A stretch of 64,000 nt of DNA from Candidatus Latescibacterota bacterium (lineage in GTDB: Bacteria; Latescibacterota; UBA2968): contig OZ242320.1 of the NCBI GenBank assembly GCA_965208125.1, positions 800,001 to 864,000 of the forward strand. The letters are read 5' to 3'. Shown in pieces: positions 46,542-57,034 of this stretch. Position numbers and translations under genes: made by a program. The notes below the pieces were generated by a model. The model searched no databases. It saw nothing but the letters and a program-made list of their open reading frames with translations, and had not been told where the DNA came from. Position 1 is the first letter of the stretch; each line of letters begins with the position of its first letter.

Positions 46542-49400
46542 ATGCGCACATTGTGTATCATTTTTCTCGTACTGTGGAGTACTTGCTCAGTCATAGCTCA
46601 GGATATGGGTAGCTTGACTGGAAAAGTGGAAGATGAGACGGGAGAAGCATTATTCGCGGCCAATATCACAGTCAAAGGACCGGCCATTGAGGGCGTAAGG
46701 GGCGCAATCACCAACGACCAGGGCAACTATCGCATCGACCGCTTGCCGCCGGGGACTTACGAAATCACCATCAGTTATATCGGCTATGAAACCATCGCCG
46801 CAACCGGCGTAGAAATCCGCGCTGGCGAAAGTATAACGCGAGACTTTACGCTGACCGCTGTCGTCCTCATCGGTCAGCAAGTCGTCGTATCGGCATCGCG
46901 CAAACAGGAAAAAGCCCTGGACGCACCCGCTTCAATAGCAACGATCGAAGCATCTGAAATCAGAGATCGGGGCGTCTTGTCACCGACTGAGCATATCAAG
47001 ACCCTGCCCGGTGTTGACTTTTCCAAAACGGGCATCTCACAAAGCAACGTGGTGGTTCGCGGATTCAACAATGTATTTTCTGGCGCACTGCTCACACTCG
47101 TTGACAATCGCATTGCCCGCGTCCCTTCCCTGCGTTTCAATGCCTTTGATATGATCCCCGTTACCGGTGACGACATTGAGCGTATTGAAGTGGTATTAGG
47201 ACCCGGATCTGCGCTTTACGGTCCCAACACCTCCAGTGGCGTCATGCACATTATCACCCGCTCGCCATTTGGATCGGAAGGCAATACAATTTCCATATCT
47301 GGCGGGCAGCGCAGTGTGAGAAAATTATCACTGCGCCACGCCAGCAGCCTCAACGACAAGATCGGGATCAAAATTTCGGTTGGGCACAGTTCAGCCCATG
47401 ACTGGGAGTACATCGATCCTCTGGAAGTGGAATCACGCGGTTTTAATCCACGCGATTACAACGCAAAAAAGACATTGGGAGAACTGAGACTCGATTTTCG
47501 ACCAACAGATGACCTGACAATCATAGGATCAACGGGTTATACAAAAACAAGCGGTATTGAATTGACGGGTTTGGGCGCGGGTCAGGCAAAAGACTGGACC
47601 TATAATTTTTATCAAGGCCGCCTGCTCTATCGCGAGTGGTTTGCACAGGTCTTCTTCAACGCCAGTGATGCAGGTCAAACGAGAATGATCGCAGCCGACG
47701 ACCCAATTGTAGATAATTCATATTTGATGGTTCTGCAATTGCAACACAATGCCAATTTGGGACAGAAACAACACTTTGCTTATGGTGCTGATGTACTGCG
47801 AACCCGACCCAAGACAGGGGGCACAATAAATGGCATGCATGAAGACATTGATAACATCGATGAATACGGGGTCTATTTGCAAAGTGAAACCAGCCTGAGT
47901 GATCAAATCGAGCTGGTATTGGCCGGGCGCATAGACAAGCACAGCCATGTTGAAGATCCATTTTTCTCACCCCGCGCAGCGCTGGTCATTAAACCCAGGC
48001 CACTCAACACCCTGCGATTGACGTATAACCGCGCATTTAGCACGCCTTCGACCACCAACTTATTTTTGGACCGGATCGGCCTCCCCGATCCCTTTGGGTT
48101 CGGGGCATTGCAACCGGCATTGGGATTTAGTCCAGCAATTGACGTTCGCGCACAGGGCACCGCCGGTACCGGATTCACATTTCGCAGAGACGACAATGGC
48201 CTACCCATGTATCGGACCTCCTTTGCGCCCATAGCGGGCTTGTCAAAAGATCACTACTTCTCTCTGCACGATCCGCAAGGTACCAATTTGATGTGGGGCG
48301 CTGCCAGATCAATAATAATGAGTATCCTTTTGGCGGAACTGGAACCTCTCGCAACAGGGCTTTTCGTAGATCGGCTTGGGCTACCACAAGATCAAGCGGC
48401 TGCGGTAGCCGCACAACTGGTTGCAGACTTCCCCGGGATTATCCCAGAACAACTGCCGGGCTTGCAAAATACGGCCGGCACACTGAATACGGCAACGGCG
48501 AGTTTTGATCCCGAGCCCAGCCTCGCCAATGCAGTGGCAGACATAAACAAAATCGAATCGACCATCTCAGAAACCTTTGAAGTGGGATACAAAGGCGTCA
48601 TCAATAACAAACTCATTCTCGCAGCCGATGCCTACCTGAGCAGAAAAAGAAATTTCACCAGCCCGTTGCGGATTGTAACACCCAGTGTGTTTCTCGCAGC
48701 CGGTCCCTTGAGCGAAGCTCTGGAAAACGGAATTACCGAGAACTTGAGAGACCCCGCCAATGCAAGTCTCGCAATTGCCATCGGCCTTTTAGATCAACTC
48801 AACCTGCCGGATTTGGGCCTGGTTGGCAATGGCAATGGCACGGGCATAGATGAATTGACGCAGTTATTTGTATCCAACGCCGCGGGAATTCCCTTTGGTA
48901 CCATGTCTGCCGAACAGGCATCAGACCCCACTGCAGTCATGGTCGCATATCGCAATTTCGGTCGCATAACGCTCTACGGTGCCGACCTGTCGTTTGCGTA
49001 TTATCCAAACGAAATGTGGACTTTTACCGGCAATTACTCCTATGTCAGCGATGATTGGTTCCCCAATTTAGACAACATCGGCGACATTGCCCTCAATGCC
49101 CCCCGGCACAAATTTAACATCGGAGTCGATTGCCAACTGCCCAATATGCCACTCACCATTCGCGGAAAATTGAGCTATCGCGGTAGTTTTCCAATGCAAT
49201 CGGGTGTATATGTAGGCGATGTAGATGCTTACACTGTTTTGGACCTGAATGCCGCATATCAGTTGCCACTCTCAAATGACCGCTTCAAGATCACCTGGAA
49301 TGTGGAAGCCAGCAACGTGTTAAACCAGGAATATCGATCATTTATCGGTGCGCCATTTATTGGACGCCTGGTCTTAACGGGCCTGAATATTCGATTCTAA
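46542..49400 (+). CDS. TonB-dependent receptor, paralog 1
   Basis: Signal peptide, carboxypeptidase-regulatory-like domain, VVVSASRK, VRGFN, IERIEVVLGPGSALYG, C-terminal GLNIRF. Confidence 0.95.
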   Translation: MRTLCIIFLVLWSTCSVIAQDMGSLTGKVEDETGEALFAANITVKGPAIEGVRGAITNDQGNYRIDRLPPGTYEITISYIGYETIAATGVEIRAGESITRDFTLTAVVLIGQQVVVSASRKQEKALDAPASIATIEASEIRDRGVLSPTEHIKTLPGVDFSKTGISQSNVVVRGFNNVFSGALLTLVDNRIARVPSLRFNAFDMIPVTGDDIERIEVVLGPGSALYGPNTSSGVMHIITRSPFGSEGNTISISGGQRSVRKLSLRHASSLNDKIGIKISVGHSSAHDWEYIDPLEVESRGFNPRDYNAKKTLGELRLDFRPTDDLTIIGSTGYTKTSGIELTGLGAGQAKDWTYNFYQGRLLYREWFAQVFFNASDAGQTRMIAADDPIVDNSYLMVLQLQHNANLGQKQHFAYGADVLRTRPKTGGTINGMHEDIDNIDEYGVYLQSETSLSDQIELVLAGRIDKHSHVEDPFFSPRAALVIKPRPLNTLRLTYNRAFSTPSTTNLFLDRIGLPDPFGFGALQPALGFSPAIDVRAQGTAGTGFTFRRDDNGLPMYRTSFAPIAGLSKDHYFSLHDPQGTNLMWGAARSIIMSILLAELEPLATGLFVDRLGLPQDQAAAVAAQLVADFPGIIPEQLPGLQNTAGTLNTATASFDPEPSLANAVADINKIESTISETFEVGYKGVINNKLILAADAYLSRKRNFTSPLRIVTPSVFLAAGPLSEALENGITENLRDPANASLAIAIGLLDQLNLPDLGLVGNGNGTGIDELTQLFVSNAAGIPFGTMSAEQASDPTAVMVAYRNFGRITLYGADLSFAYYPNEMWTFTGNYSYVSDDWFPNLDNIGDIALNAPRHKFNIGVDCQLPNMPLTIRGKLSYRGSFPMQSGVYVGDVDAYTVLDLNAAYQLPLSNDRFKITWNVEASNVLNQEYRSFIGAPFIGRLVLTGLNIRF

Positions 49401-49455
49401 AGCTGCCCCTCTCCCATCTTAAAAAACTCCAGATCATTGCGATAAGGAGGATTTG

Positions 49456-52317
49456 ATGCGCTTATTATATATCCTTGCTTTCGTACTGTGGAATGCTTAC
49501 TCGGTCATAGCTCAGGATTTCGGCGGCTTGACTGGAAAAGTGAAAACAGAGGACGGAGTAATTTTATTCGGTGCCAATATCATAGTCAAAGGACCGGCCA
49601 TTGAAGGCACCCGGGGTGCAATCACCAATGACCAGGGAAACTATCGCATCGACCGCTTGCCGCCGGGCATTTACGAAATCACCATCAGTCATATCGGCTA
49701 TGAAACGGTGGTTGTATCGAATGTAGAAATCCGCGCTGGCGCAAGTATGACGCGAGATTTCAAATTGACCGCCGTAGTCCTCATTGGTCAACAGGTCGTG
49801 GTATCGGCATCGCGCAAACAGGAGAAAGCCCTGGACGCGCCTGCCTCAATTGCAACAGTCGAAGCGTCTGAAATCAGAAATCGAGAAGTCTTGACAATGA
49901 GTGAATATGTCAAGACTCTGCCCGGCGTTGACTATGCTCAAACAGGCATATCGCAAGGCAGCATGGTCGTTCGCGGATTCAACAAGGTATTTTCTGGCGC
50001 ATTGCTCACACTCGTTGACAACCGCATTGCCCGCATCCCTTCCCTGCGCCTCAATGCCTATGATTTGATCCCCCTTACCAGTGACGACATTGAGCGCATC
50101 GAAATCGTTCTGGGACCCGGATCCGCACTTTACGGTCCCAACAGTGCCAATGGCGTGATGCACATTATCACCCGCTCGCCATTTGGATCGGAAGGCAATA
50201 CAATTTCCATATCTGGCGGGCAGCGCAGTGTGAGAAAATTATCGCTGCGACACGCCAGCAGCCTCAACGACAAGATCGGGATCAAAATTTCGGGTGGATA
50301 TGTTGCAACCCATGACTGGGAATATGTCGATCCCCTGGAAGTGGAATCGCGCGGTTTTAATCCACGCGATTATAGCACAGAAAGGACAAGTGGAGAGTTC
50401 AGGCTCGACTTTCGACCAACAGATGACCTGACACTGATAGGATCGGCAGGCTATTCAAAAATGAGCGGCCTTCAACAGACGGATTTGGGTGCGGGCCAGG
50501 CAAAAGACTGGACCTATAATTTTTATCAAGGCCGTCTGCTCTATCGCGGGTGGTTTGCACAAATCTTCTACAACACCAGTAATGCGGGCGACACGGAACT
50601 GATCACAGCCGGCGACCCAATTGTAGATAATTCACATTTGATGGTCTTGCAATTGCAACACAATGCCAGTTTGGGCAAAAAACAACACTTCGCTTATGGT
50701 GCCGATGTACTGCTCACCCGACCCAAAACACAGGGCACAGTACACGGCATGCATGAAGACAATGACGACATCGATGAATACGGGATCTACCTGCAAAGCG
50801 AAACCAACCTGAGCGATCAAATCGATCTGATAATGGCCGGGCGTATCGACAAACACAGCCATATCGAAGATCTGTTTTTCTCACCCCGCGCAGCACTGAT
50901 CATTAAACCCAGCCCGTTCAACACCCTGCGATTGACATATAACCGAGCATTTAGCACGCCCTCAACCCCAGACTTATTTGTAGATCGAATCGGCGTCCCC
51001 GACGTCTTTATGCTGGGGACAAGTTTCAGCCCGATATTGGAATTTAGTCCAGCAATTGACCTTCGCGCACAGGGCACTGCCGGTACCGGATTCACATTTC
51101 GCAGAGACGACAATGGGCTACCCATGTTTCGGACGCCCTTCGCGCCTATAGCGGACCTGTCAAAAGATCACTACTTCTCTCTGCACGATCCCCAGGCCAC
51201 CAATTTGATGTGGCGTGCTGCCAGAGAGGCAATACTGAACGGCTTTCTATCTGAACTGGAACCTCTTGCAACAGAGCTTATCGCAGGCGGGCTTGGGCTA
51301 CCACCAGATCAAGCCGTTGCGCTGGTCGAAAAACTCGTCGAGATCTTTCCCGGAACTATCCCAGAGCAACTGCCGGGCTTGCAAAATACGGCTGCGATAC
51401 TGAATGCAGAAACGCAGGGTTTCGATCCCATACCCGACCTCGCCAATGCAGTGACAGACATAGAAAAACTCGGACCAACCATCACAGAAACCTTTGAATT
51501 GGGATACAAAGGCGTCATCAAAAACAAACTGATCCTGGCAGCCGATGTTTATCAAACCAGAATCAAAAATTTTGTCAGCCCGTTGCGGATTGAAACGCCC
51601 AACGTATTTCTCGCACCCGGTCCCTTAAGCGAAGCCCTGACAGACGCGCTTACCGAGAACCTGAAAGATCCTGCCAATGCAAGCCTCGCAATTGCCCTTA
51701 TTTTTTTAGATCAGCTCAACGAGCCAGAGTTGGGGTTGGTTGGCAATGGCAATGGAACAGGCGTGGATGAATTGACGCAGTTATTCGTAGCCAACGCCGC
51801 GCTGATCCCCTTTGGTACGATAGTACCCGAACAGGCAGCAGACCCCAATGCGGTGATCGTCGCACCTCGCAATTTTGGCAACATAACGCTCTACGGTGCT
51901 GACCTATCGCTTGCGTATTATCCAAACGAAATATGGGCTTTTACCGGCAATTATTCCTACGTCAGCAAGGATATGTTTCGCAATTTAGACAACATCGGCG
52001 ACATAGCCCTCAATGCTCCCAGACACAAATTTAATATCGGTATCGATTGCCAATTGCCCAATATACCGCTCACGATCCGGGGAAAATTTCGCTACCGCGA
52101 TGGCTTTCCAATGCAATCGGGTATATATGTCGGCAATGTAGATGCTCATACTGTTTTGGATTTGAATTTGACCTATCAGTTGCCACTTTCAAATGATCGC
52201 TTCAGCACCTCCTTAAATTTGAATGCCAGCAATTTGCTAAACCAGGAATACCGATCATTTGTCGGTTCGCCCTGGATCGGACGCCTGATTACAAGCAGCT
52301 TGCATGTTCGGTTCTAA
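49456..52317 (+). CDS. TonB-dependent receptor, paralog 2
   Basis: Colinear with paralog 1 over the full length; AAGGAGG RBS; C-terminal SLHVRF. Confidence 0.95.
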   Translation: MRLLYILAFVLWNAYSVIAQDFGGLTGKVKTEDGVILFGANIIVKGPAIEGTRGAITNDQGNYRIDRLPPGIYEITISHIGYETVVVSNVEIRAGASMTRDFKLTAVVLIGQQVVVSASRKQEKALDAPASIATVEASEIRNREVLTMSEYVKTLPGVDYAQTGISQGSMVVRGFNKVFSGALLTLVDNRIARIPSLRLNAYDLIPLTSDDIERIEIVLGPGSALYGPNSANGVMHIITRSPFGSEGNTISISGGQRSVRKLSLRHASSLNDKIGIKISGGYVATHDWEYVDPLEVESRGFNPRDYSTERTSGEFRLDFRPTDDLTLIGSAGYSKMSGLQQTDLGAGQAKDWTYNFYQGRLLYRGWFAQIFYNTSNAGDTELITAGDPIVDNSHLMVLQLQHNASLGKKQHFAYGADVLLTRPKTQGTVHGMHEDNDDIDEYGIYLQSETNLSDQIDLIMAGRIDKHSHIEDLFFSPRAALIIKPSPFNTLRLTYNRAFSTPSTPDLFVDRIGVPDVFMLGTSFSPILEFSPAIDLRAQGTAGTGFTFRRDDNGLPMFRTPFAPIADLSKDHYFSLHDPQATNLMWRAAREAILNGFLSELEPLATELIAGGLGLPPDQAVALVEKLVEIFPGTIPEQLPGLQNTAAILNAETQGFDPIPDLANAVTDIEKLGPTITETFELGYKGVIKNKLILAADVYQTRIKNFVSPLRIETPNVFLAPGPLSEALTDALTENLKDPANASLAIALIFLDQLNEPELGLVGNGNGTGVDELTQLFVANAALIPFGTIVPEQAADPNAVIVAPRNFGNITLYGADLSLAYYPNEIWAFTGNYSYVSKDMFRNLDNIGDIALNAPRHKFNIGIDCQLPNIPLTIRGKFRYRDGFPMQSGIYVGNVDAHTVLDLNLTYQLPLSNDRFSTSLNLNASNLLNQEYRSFVGSPWIGRLITSSLHVRF

Positions 52318-52340
52318 TACTTCTCTGTTTTCATCTCTAT

Positions 52341-52376
52341 AAAAAAAATCCGAATCATTGCGATTCGGATTTTTTT
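52341..52376. terminator. Bidirectional intrinsic terminator
   Basis: aaaaaaaatccgaatc-attgc-gattcggattttttt. Confidence 0.85.
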
Positions 52377-52388
52377 ATTCTTCGAGAT

Positions 52389-53579
52389 TTACCCAGGCGG
52401 CTGATAGGGCCGGGATTCTGGATCGCGTTCGGGAAGCCCCAAACTATCCCAAAAAATTGTGTGATCAAATGGCGTGAGGCGAAAATCCGGAATGGGAACT
52501 GGCGCACCGCCCAACTCGGCGGATTTATTTGCCAGAATCCCCGGCAGACAGTATTCAATGGCGCGATACACATCAATCGGCGATGGCTTGCCAGCGAGAA
52601 TAGACTGTGTAAAATGTCGGGCGAGTTTTAAGTCTGCACCGCCGTGACCTGCAGAAGTATCATCGCCATGTGCGCCAAGGCCAACAGGCAAAACCTCCCA
52701 ACCACTGCGATGATCCGCCCCTCGAGAAAAGCGACGAGCGTGTTTTTCATAGCTAAACCATTCGGCACCGCCCTCAACGCCAAAAATGCGATAGCGATGT
52801 TCAGAAGGCCGGGCCGTATTGAGCGTAACCATAATTTTAATAAGCGCGCCCTTTGCTGTTTCGAACACCGCGATCTGACCGTCGGAACGCAGAGGCGCGT
52901 CAGCACTTCGGAACGGCGCGCTGCGACAAGAAACAGAAACACAGCGATCGTCAATCACTTCGAGCAATGGCCCCAGGTCATGCGTCAGATATTGAATAGG
53001 AGGTTGATCGGCACGCCAGATCGGCATTGTATCGGTATAACCGGCTGCCCGCGCTCGCGTCGGCGTATGCCGCGAACTATCCGGGCGCAAAAGCGTGGCC
53101 GGCAAATGGTGAATATATTCGCCTTCGGCAATGGAAATAGGGCCAAATCGATCTTCGACAACCCACTTGCGGAAATAGCGAAAAAAATCCCAATAACAGG
53201 TATTTTCTCCCAGCATATAGGTTTTGCCCGTATATTCAACAGTCTGGCGCAAATTCATACACTCTTCTTGCGTATAAGCCCCCGGCACTTCCGAAAGCAC
53301 ATGACACCCCGCGCGCATCGCCTCACACCCGTGTTTCACCTGTAATTTCCCATTCGTAGCAACCACAATAGCATCGGGGTTGAGATCGAGCAAATCGTCA
53401 AACTCGGGCAAAATCGGAGCCGTTGCACCAACCGATGTCAGGTGTTGCTCGGCGCGTTCTCTCAAACGCGGAAAGCGGTCACAAGCACCAATAACCTCAG
53501 CCTCTTCCAGAGCGAGAAAATTTCTGAAATGCGTAAAACCGCGACCGAGGCCCAGAATACCAACTTTGAGCTTATCCAT
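52389..53579 (-). CDS. Gfo/Idh/MocA family oxidoreductase (start moved to ATG 53579)
   Basis: KVGILGLGRG, HVLSEVP, YMLGEN, EGEYIH, YLTHDLGP, GHGGAD. Confidence 0.88.
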   Translation of the reverse strand: MDKLKVGILGLGRGFTHFRNFLALEEAEVIGACDRFPRLRERAEQHLTSVGATAPILPEFDDLLDLNPDAIVVATNGKLQVKHGCEAMRAGCHVLSEVPGAYTQEECMNLRQTVEYTGKTYMLGENTCYWDFFRYFRKWVVEDRFGPISIAEGEYIHHLPATLLRPDSSRHTPTRARAAGYTDTMPIWRADQPPIQYLTHDLGPLLEVIDDRCVSVSCRSAPFRSADAPLRSDGQIAVFETAKGALIKIMVTLNTARPSEHRYRIFGVEGGAEWFSYEKHARRFSRGADHRSGWEVLPVGLGAHGDDTSAGHGGADLKLARHFTQSILAGKPSPIDVYRAIEYCLPGILANKSAELGGAPVPIPDFRLTPFDHTIFWDSLGLPERDPESRPYQPPG

Positions 53580-53659
53580 AGTTAAACCCCTCAATATGCG
53601 AATCAACGAATCAACGAACCCTGCCCATCCTCCCCAAACCAGTATTTATCTCCATTCGT

Positions 53660-55360
53660 CTATTCGTCTATTCGTCCAGCAGACACAATGCGGATATCAA
53701 TCTCAAATGCACTGACGGGATAATTTATACCCCAAGTTTCGAGAACGCCGGGATGCACTTCGCCAATAAGCCCGTAAACGCGCTCGCCTATGCGGATCTC
53801 ACCACTGCGCCCGGGCAAAAATGTGGGATGATCAATCGGCGCAATAGTATATTCAAAATTAAAATAATAGGATAACACCTCGAGAAAGCTCTGAATACCG
53901 GACAAATTGGCTTCGTCACTCGCTTCGAGCGCGCAAAGATGAATATCTGTGCGCGTACCGTAATTTTCCCCCAGATCGAGCACCCCCACTTCCCCCACCT
54001 CAAAAATCCGATGTGGGTACAGCGCGCGACGGCTTGTGGCTTCGGTCTTCAGCAAACCGGGCAACAACGACCCTCGAATCGCGCTGTAATTTTCGGACAT
54101 GGGATTTGAAATCGAAATAATCTTTGCATCCGGATTATTCATATCCACAGTCTGTTCTTTTTGAGAACAGAGAATTGGCAAAAAGACCTCTTGAAATCCG
54201 CTCCCAACCATGAGATTGCGAAATCGGTCTGCGAGATCCTCTTCTGGCGCTGCTTTGCCAACCGTAAAATCCCGGGGCATCTCGGGTTCAAAAGCCTCGT
54301 ACCCCACGCCGATCACAACATCTTCCACAACATCTACGGAATGTAAAATATCGTCGCGATACGGTGCTGGACGCACGCTGATACGCTCGTCCTGTACATC
54401 GATATCCCGATAACCCATAGCGCTGAGCGCAGTCTGAATCTGCCCCATCGAAATATGTGCCCCAACCACCTTGTAAATCTCATCTAAATCCACCTGCACA
54501 GGCTCGGTCAAATCATAGGGACACGTCACATCTCGTCCTCTCGGCGTCTGATATGGATAGCGCACAGTTACGGGATAAATGCGGCCACCCCGGTCAGCCA
54601 TATTGACCGCCATAATCGCCATAGACAATAAAATAGCATCGAGTTCAGGCCCCGTCGCTTCGCAAAATAAAAACGCATCCCCCACTTCAACGCGCCCCAG
54701 ACTCTGGCTATTAATCACAGGAGGCATAGAAAGAACCTCGCCGCGCGAATCTCGGATCAGGGGAAACTTATCCTTCCCCTCGAGGAGATGTGCATACGTT
54801 CTGCCCGTGGGATGATCGGACAAAATCTGTCGCAAAGACATCTCATCCTCAAACTCCAGAGGAACAAAAGCAGTTTTATCGGGATCAACCGCATCGTATC
54901 GCACCGGATACACAATATCTGATGCATCGTAAATCCCAATCGCAACAACACTGCGACCGCGACCATATCCATCGGAGAGTTTTTCCTGCGCCTCGATAAG
55001 CGCGTCAAGTGCTGCCTCGTCAATCGCAATACCCTCACACGCAAAAGCGGCAATATAAGGACGGATATTTTGCAACCCGGGATCGACAATAACCTCCCGT
55101 TCTTCCGATACACCAGACGCATCAAAAAAAGAATAGTCCGGCTGAACATTCTCCCGATGGCTTTTGAGCAACCGCGCAAGCCCCTCTGCCGACCAGAGAT
55201 CGGGGCGGTTGGTATCTTTGAGCTGAATGCGAAGCGTATCGCCCTCTTCCGCATCGATCTCGGCCTTGGCAGTTTCAAGCGCAGCACTCAAACTCTCCGA
55301 AGAATAAACCTGCCCTGCGAGACGTTCAAAATCGGGTTTATTAACTGTAATCGTTGGCAT
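53660..55360 (-). CDS. pheT: Phenylalanyl-tRNA synthetase beta subunit, archaeal/eukaryotic short type
   Basis: 566 aa; DTNRPDLWS, RPYIAA, LSMPPVINS, YRDDILH.VDVVED, IFEVGE; no OB tRNA-binding or FDX-ACB domain. Confidence 0.93.
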   Translation of the reverse strand: MPTITVNKPDFERLAGQVYSSESLSAALETAKAEIDAEEGDTLRIQLKDTNRPDLWSAEGLARLLKSHRENVQPDYSFFDASGVSEEREVIVDPGLQNIRPYIAAFACEGIAIDEAALDALIEAQEKLSDGYGRGRSVVAIGIYDASDIVYPVRYDAVDPDKTAFVPLEFEDEMSLRQILSDHPTGRTYAHLLEGKDKFPLIRDSRGEVLSMPPVINSQSLGRVEVGDAFLFCEATGPELDAILLSMAIMAVNMADRGGRIYPVTVRYPYQTPRGRDVTCPYDLTEPVQVDLDEIYKVVGAHISMGQIQTALSAMGYRDIDVQDERISVRPAPYRDDILHSVDVVEDVVIGVGYEAFEPEMPRDFTVGKAAPEEDLADRFRNLMVGSGFQEVFLPILCSQKEQTVDMNNPDAKIISISNPMSENYSAIRGSLLPGLLKTEATSRRALYPHRIFEVGEVGVLDLGENYGTRTDIHLCALEASDEANLSGIQSFLEVLSYYFNFEYTIAPIDHPTFLPGRSGEIRIGERVYGLIGEVHPGVLETWGINYPVSAFEIDIRIVSAGRIDE

Positions 55361-55368
55361 TTTTACTC

Positions 55369-56910
55369 CTACCGCGTATTCCTGACCAGATCCAAATCCG
55401 TACTGAACAAATCGCGTATATCGTTAATACCCAGCGCGACCATCGCCATTCGATCAACCCCCAGACCCCAGGCAATCACTGGAACATCCACACCCAGCGG
55501 TCGTGTAAGCTCAGGACGAAAAAGACCCGCGCCCCCAAGCTCGATCCAGCCCAGAACGGGATGCTTCGCCTGAAGTTCTACCGAAGGCTCGGTAAAAGGA
55601 AAATAATCGGGCACATAGCGCACATCTTCGGCCTGCGCGATCTCAAGCGCGAACAACTTGAGCAAACCGAGCAAACTGCGAAAATTTATCTCCTCGCCCA
55701 AAACAATACCCTCAGCCTGAAAAAAATCCGCTGCATGCGTGGCATCCACATCATCCGGGCGAAAGCAACGCGCAAGCGCGAAATACTTACCCGGCACATT
55801 TAGCTCTGAAGCCAGCGTACGCGCCGAAAGCGCGGTACCCTGACTCCGCAAAATAAGGCGGCGCGACTGTTCGGAATTGAACTCATAACGCCACCCGCGC
55901 GAACCTGTCTCGCCCCCATGATGATGCGCCTCAGCCACCCTGGAAAAATAGGGTTCTTCAGCCTCTCGGGATCGCGTCGGCTCCGTCAAATAATAAACAT
56001 CGTGAATATTGCGCGCCGCGTGGAACTGCGGCATAAAAAGCGCATCCATATTCCAGAACTCGGTCTCCACCAGCGAACCTCTCATCTCTTCAAAACCGAG
56101 CGCCATCAATCGACGCCGCACATTATCGAGATACGCCCGATAGGGATGGTGCTTTCCAATAAGCACACGCGGCGGCTTAATCGACAGATCATATCGGCGA
56201 AAAGACGCGCCCTGCCATGTGCCCTTCTGAATCATTTCCGGCGTAAGACGAGAAATCTCATCACCCGTAAGATTGGCTTTGACAACCTCCACAAGCACGC
56301 GCCGTCCTTCTTCCGTAAGACAATAAACCCGCTCTATACGCTCGTCCAAACGAACAGGTCCCCTGCTCCCACCGCGTTTGCGGGCATTGGCTTCAATATA
56401 TTGGACAATATCACCGGGAAAATCATCAATCTCAATTCCAGTATCGGAAAATTTGTGAAAAAATTCTGGCATCAGTCGATCAACAAAAAAAGAAGCCCGA
56501 TCTGTATCGACAATAACAATAGCCCCCTTATCCAGATCGATAACCCCATCCTTTTTCAAACCGCCAAACGCACTGCCCCAGGCACCTCTGTCAAACCGCT
56601 CGTCGGCTTGCAAGTCCTGGATCCCGACGCGCTCTGCGCTCGCCCGGGCCAAAAGTGCGGTCTCTGGCGTCGCGCCCTTTGAGGCAAAATCCCGTCCCAC
56701 TTCCGTAAGCGAAACAGTTACTTGCGTATTTTCCCCGGTAACTTCCAGCAAATGCTTGGAAATCAGCCACTCAACCGCGCGCCGAACCTGTCCTTCGCCG
56801 AGATCCGCACCACTTTGAAGCTGTGCATCGGACTGCTCGGCACTGGCATTATTCTCATATACACGCAAAATGCGAATTTCGAGGGCATGTAAAGAAGCGA
56901 GATCAATCAA
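55369..56910 (-). CDS. pheS: Phenylalanyl-tRNA synthetase alpha subunit, archaeal/eukaryotic long type
   Basis: 513 aa; FWNMDALFMPQFHAAR, CFRPD.VDATH, YFPFTEPSVE, GAGLFRPE, AWGLGVDR; TTG start with AAGGAG RBS. Confidence 0.93.
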   Translation of the reverse strand: MIDLASLHALEIRILRVYENNASAEQSDAQLQSGADLGEGQVRRAVEWLISKHLLEVTGENTQVTVSLTEVGRDFASKGATPETALLARASAERVGIQDLQADERFDRGAWGSAFGGLKKDGVIDLDKGAIVIVDTDRASFFVDRLMPEFFHKFSDTGIEIDDFPGDIVQYIEANARKRGGSRGPVRLDERIERVYCLTEEGRRVLVEVVKANLTGDEISRLTPEMIQKGTWQGASFRRYDLSIKPPRVLIGKHHPYRAYLDNVRRRLMALGFEEMRGSLVETEFWNMDALFMPQFHAARNIHDVYYLTEPTRSREAEEPYFSRVAEAHHHGGETGSRGWRYEFNSEQSRRLILRSQGTALSARTLASELNVPGKYFALARCFRPDDVDATHAADFFQAEGIVLGEEINFRSLLGLLKLFALEIAQAEDVRYVPDYFPFTEPSVELQAKHPVLGWIELGGAGLFRPELTRPLGVDVPVIAWGLGVDRMAMVALGINDIRDLFSTDLDLVRNTR

Positions 56911-56951
56911 AAGAAACTCCTTATGCAGCGATCAACACTCTACTGACTGTC

Positions 56952-57025
56952 GGGACGGCACAGGGGCCGTCCCCTACGATGCTATTGTTAATCCAATTTG
57001 TAGGGGCGACCCCCTGTGGTCGCCC
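56952..57025. repeat. Two inverted GTAG-type REPs (REPIN-like doublet) in the pheS leader
   Basis: gggacggcacaggggccgtcccctac (56952-56977) and gtaggggcgacccc...ggtcgccc (57000-57025). Confidence 0.7.
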
Positions 57026-57034
57026 ATTAACAAC

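Noticed and set aside
15928-52317. Diversity-generating retroelement or invertase shuffling behind the DUF1800 and TBDR paralogs
   Set aside because: No reverse transcriptase or recombinase in the window, no adenine-specific template/variable pair seen, paralogs are full-length direct copies
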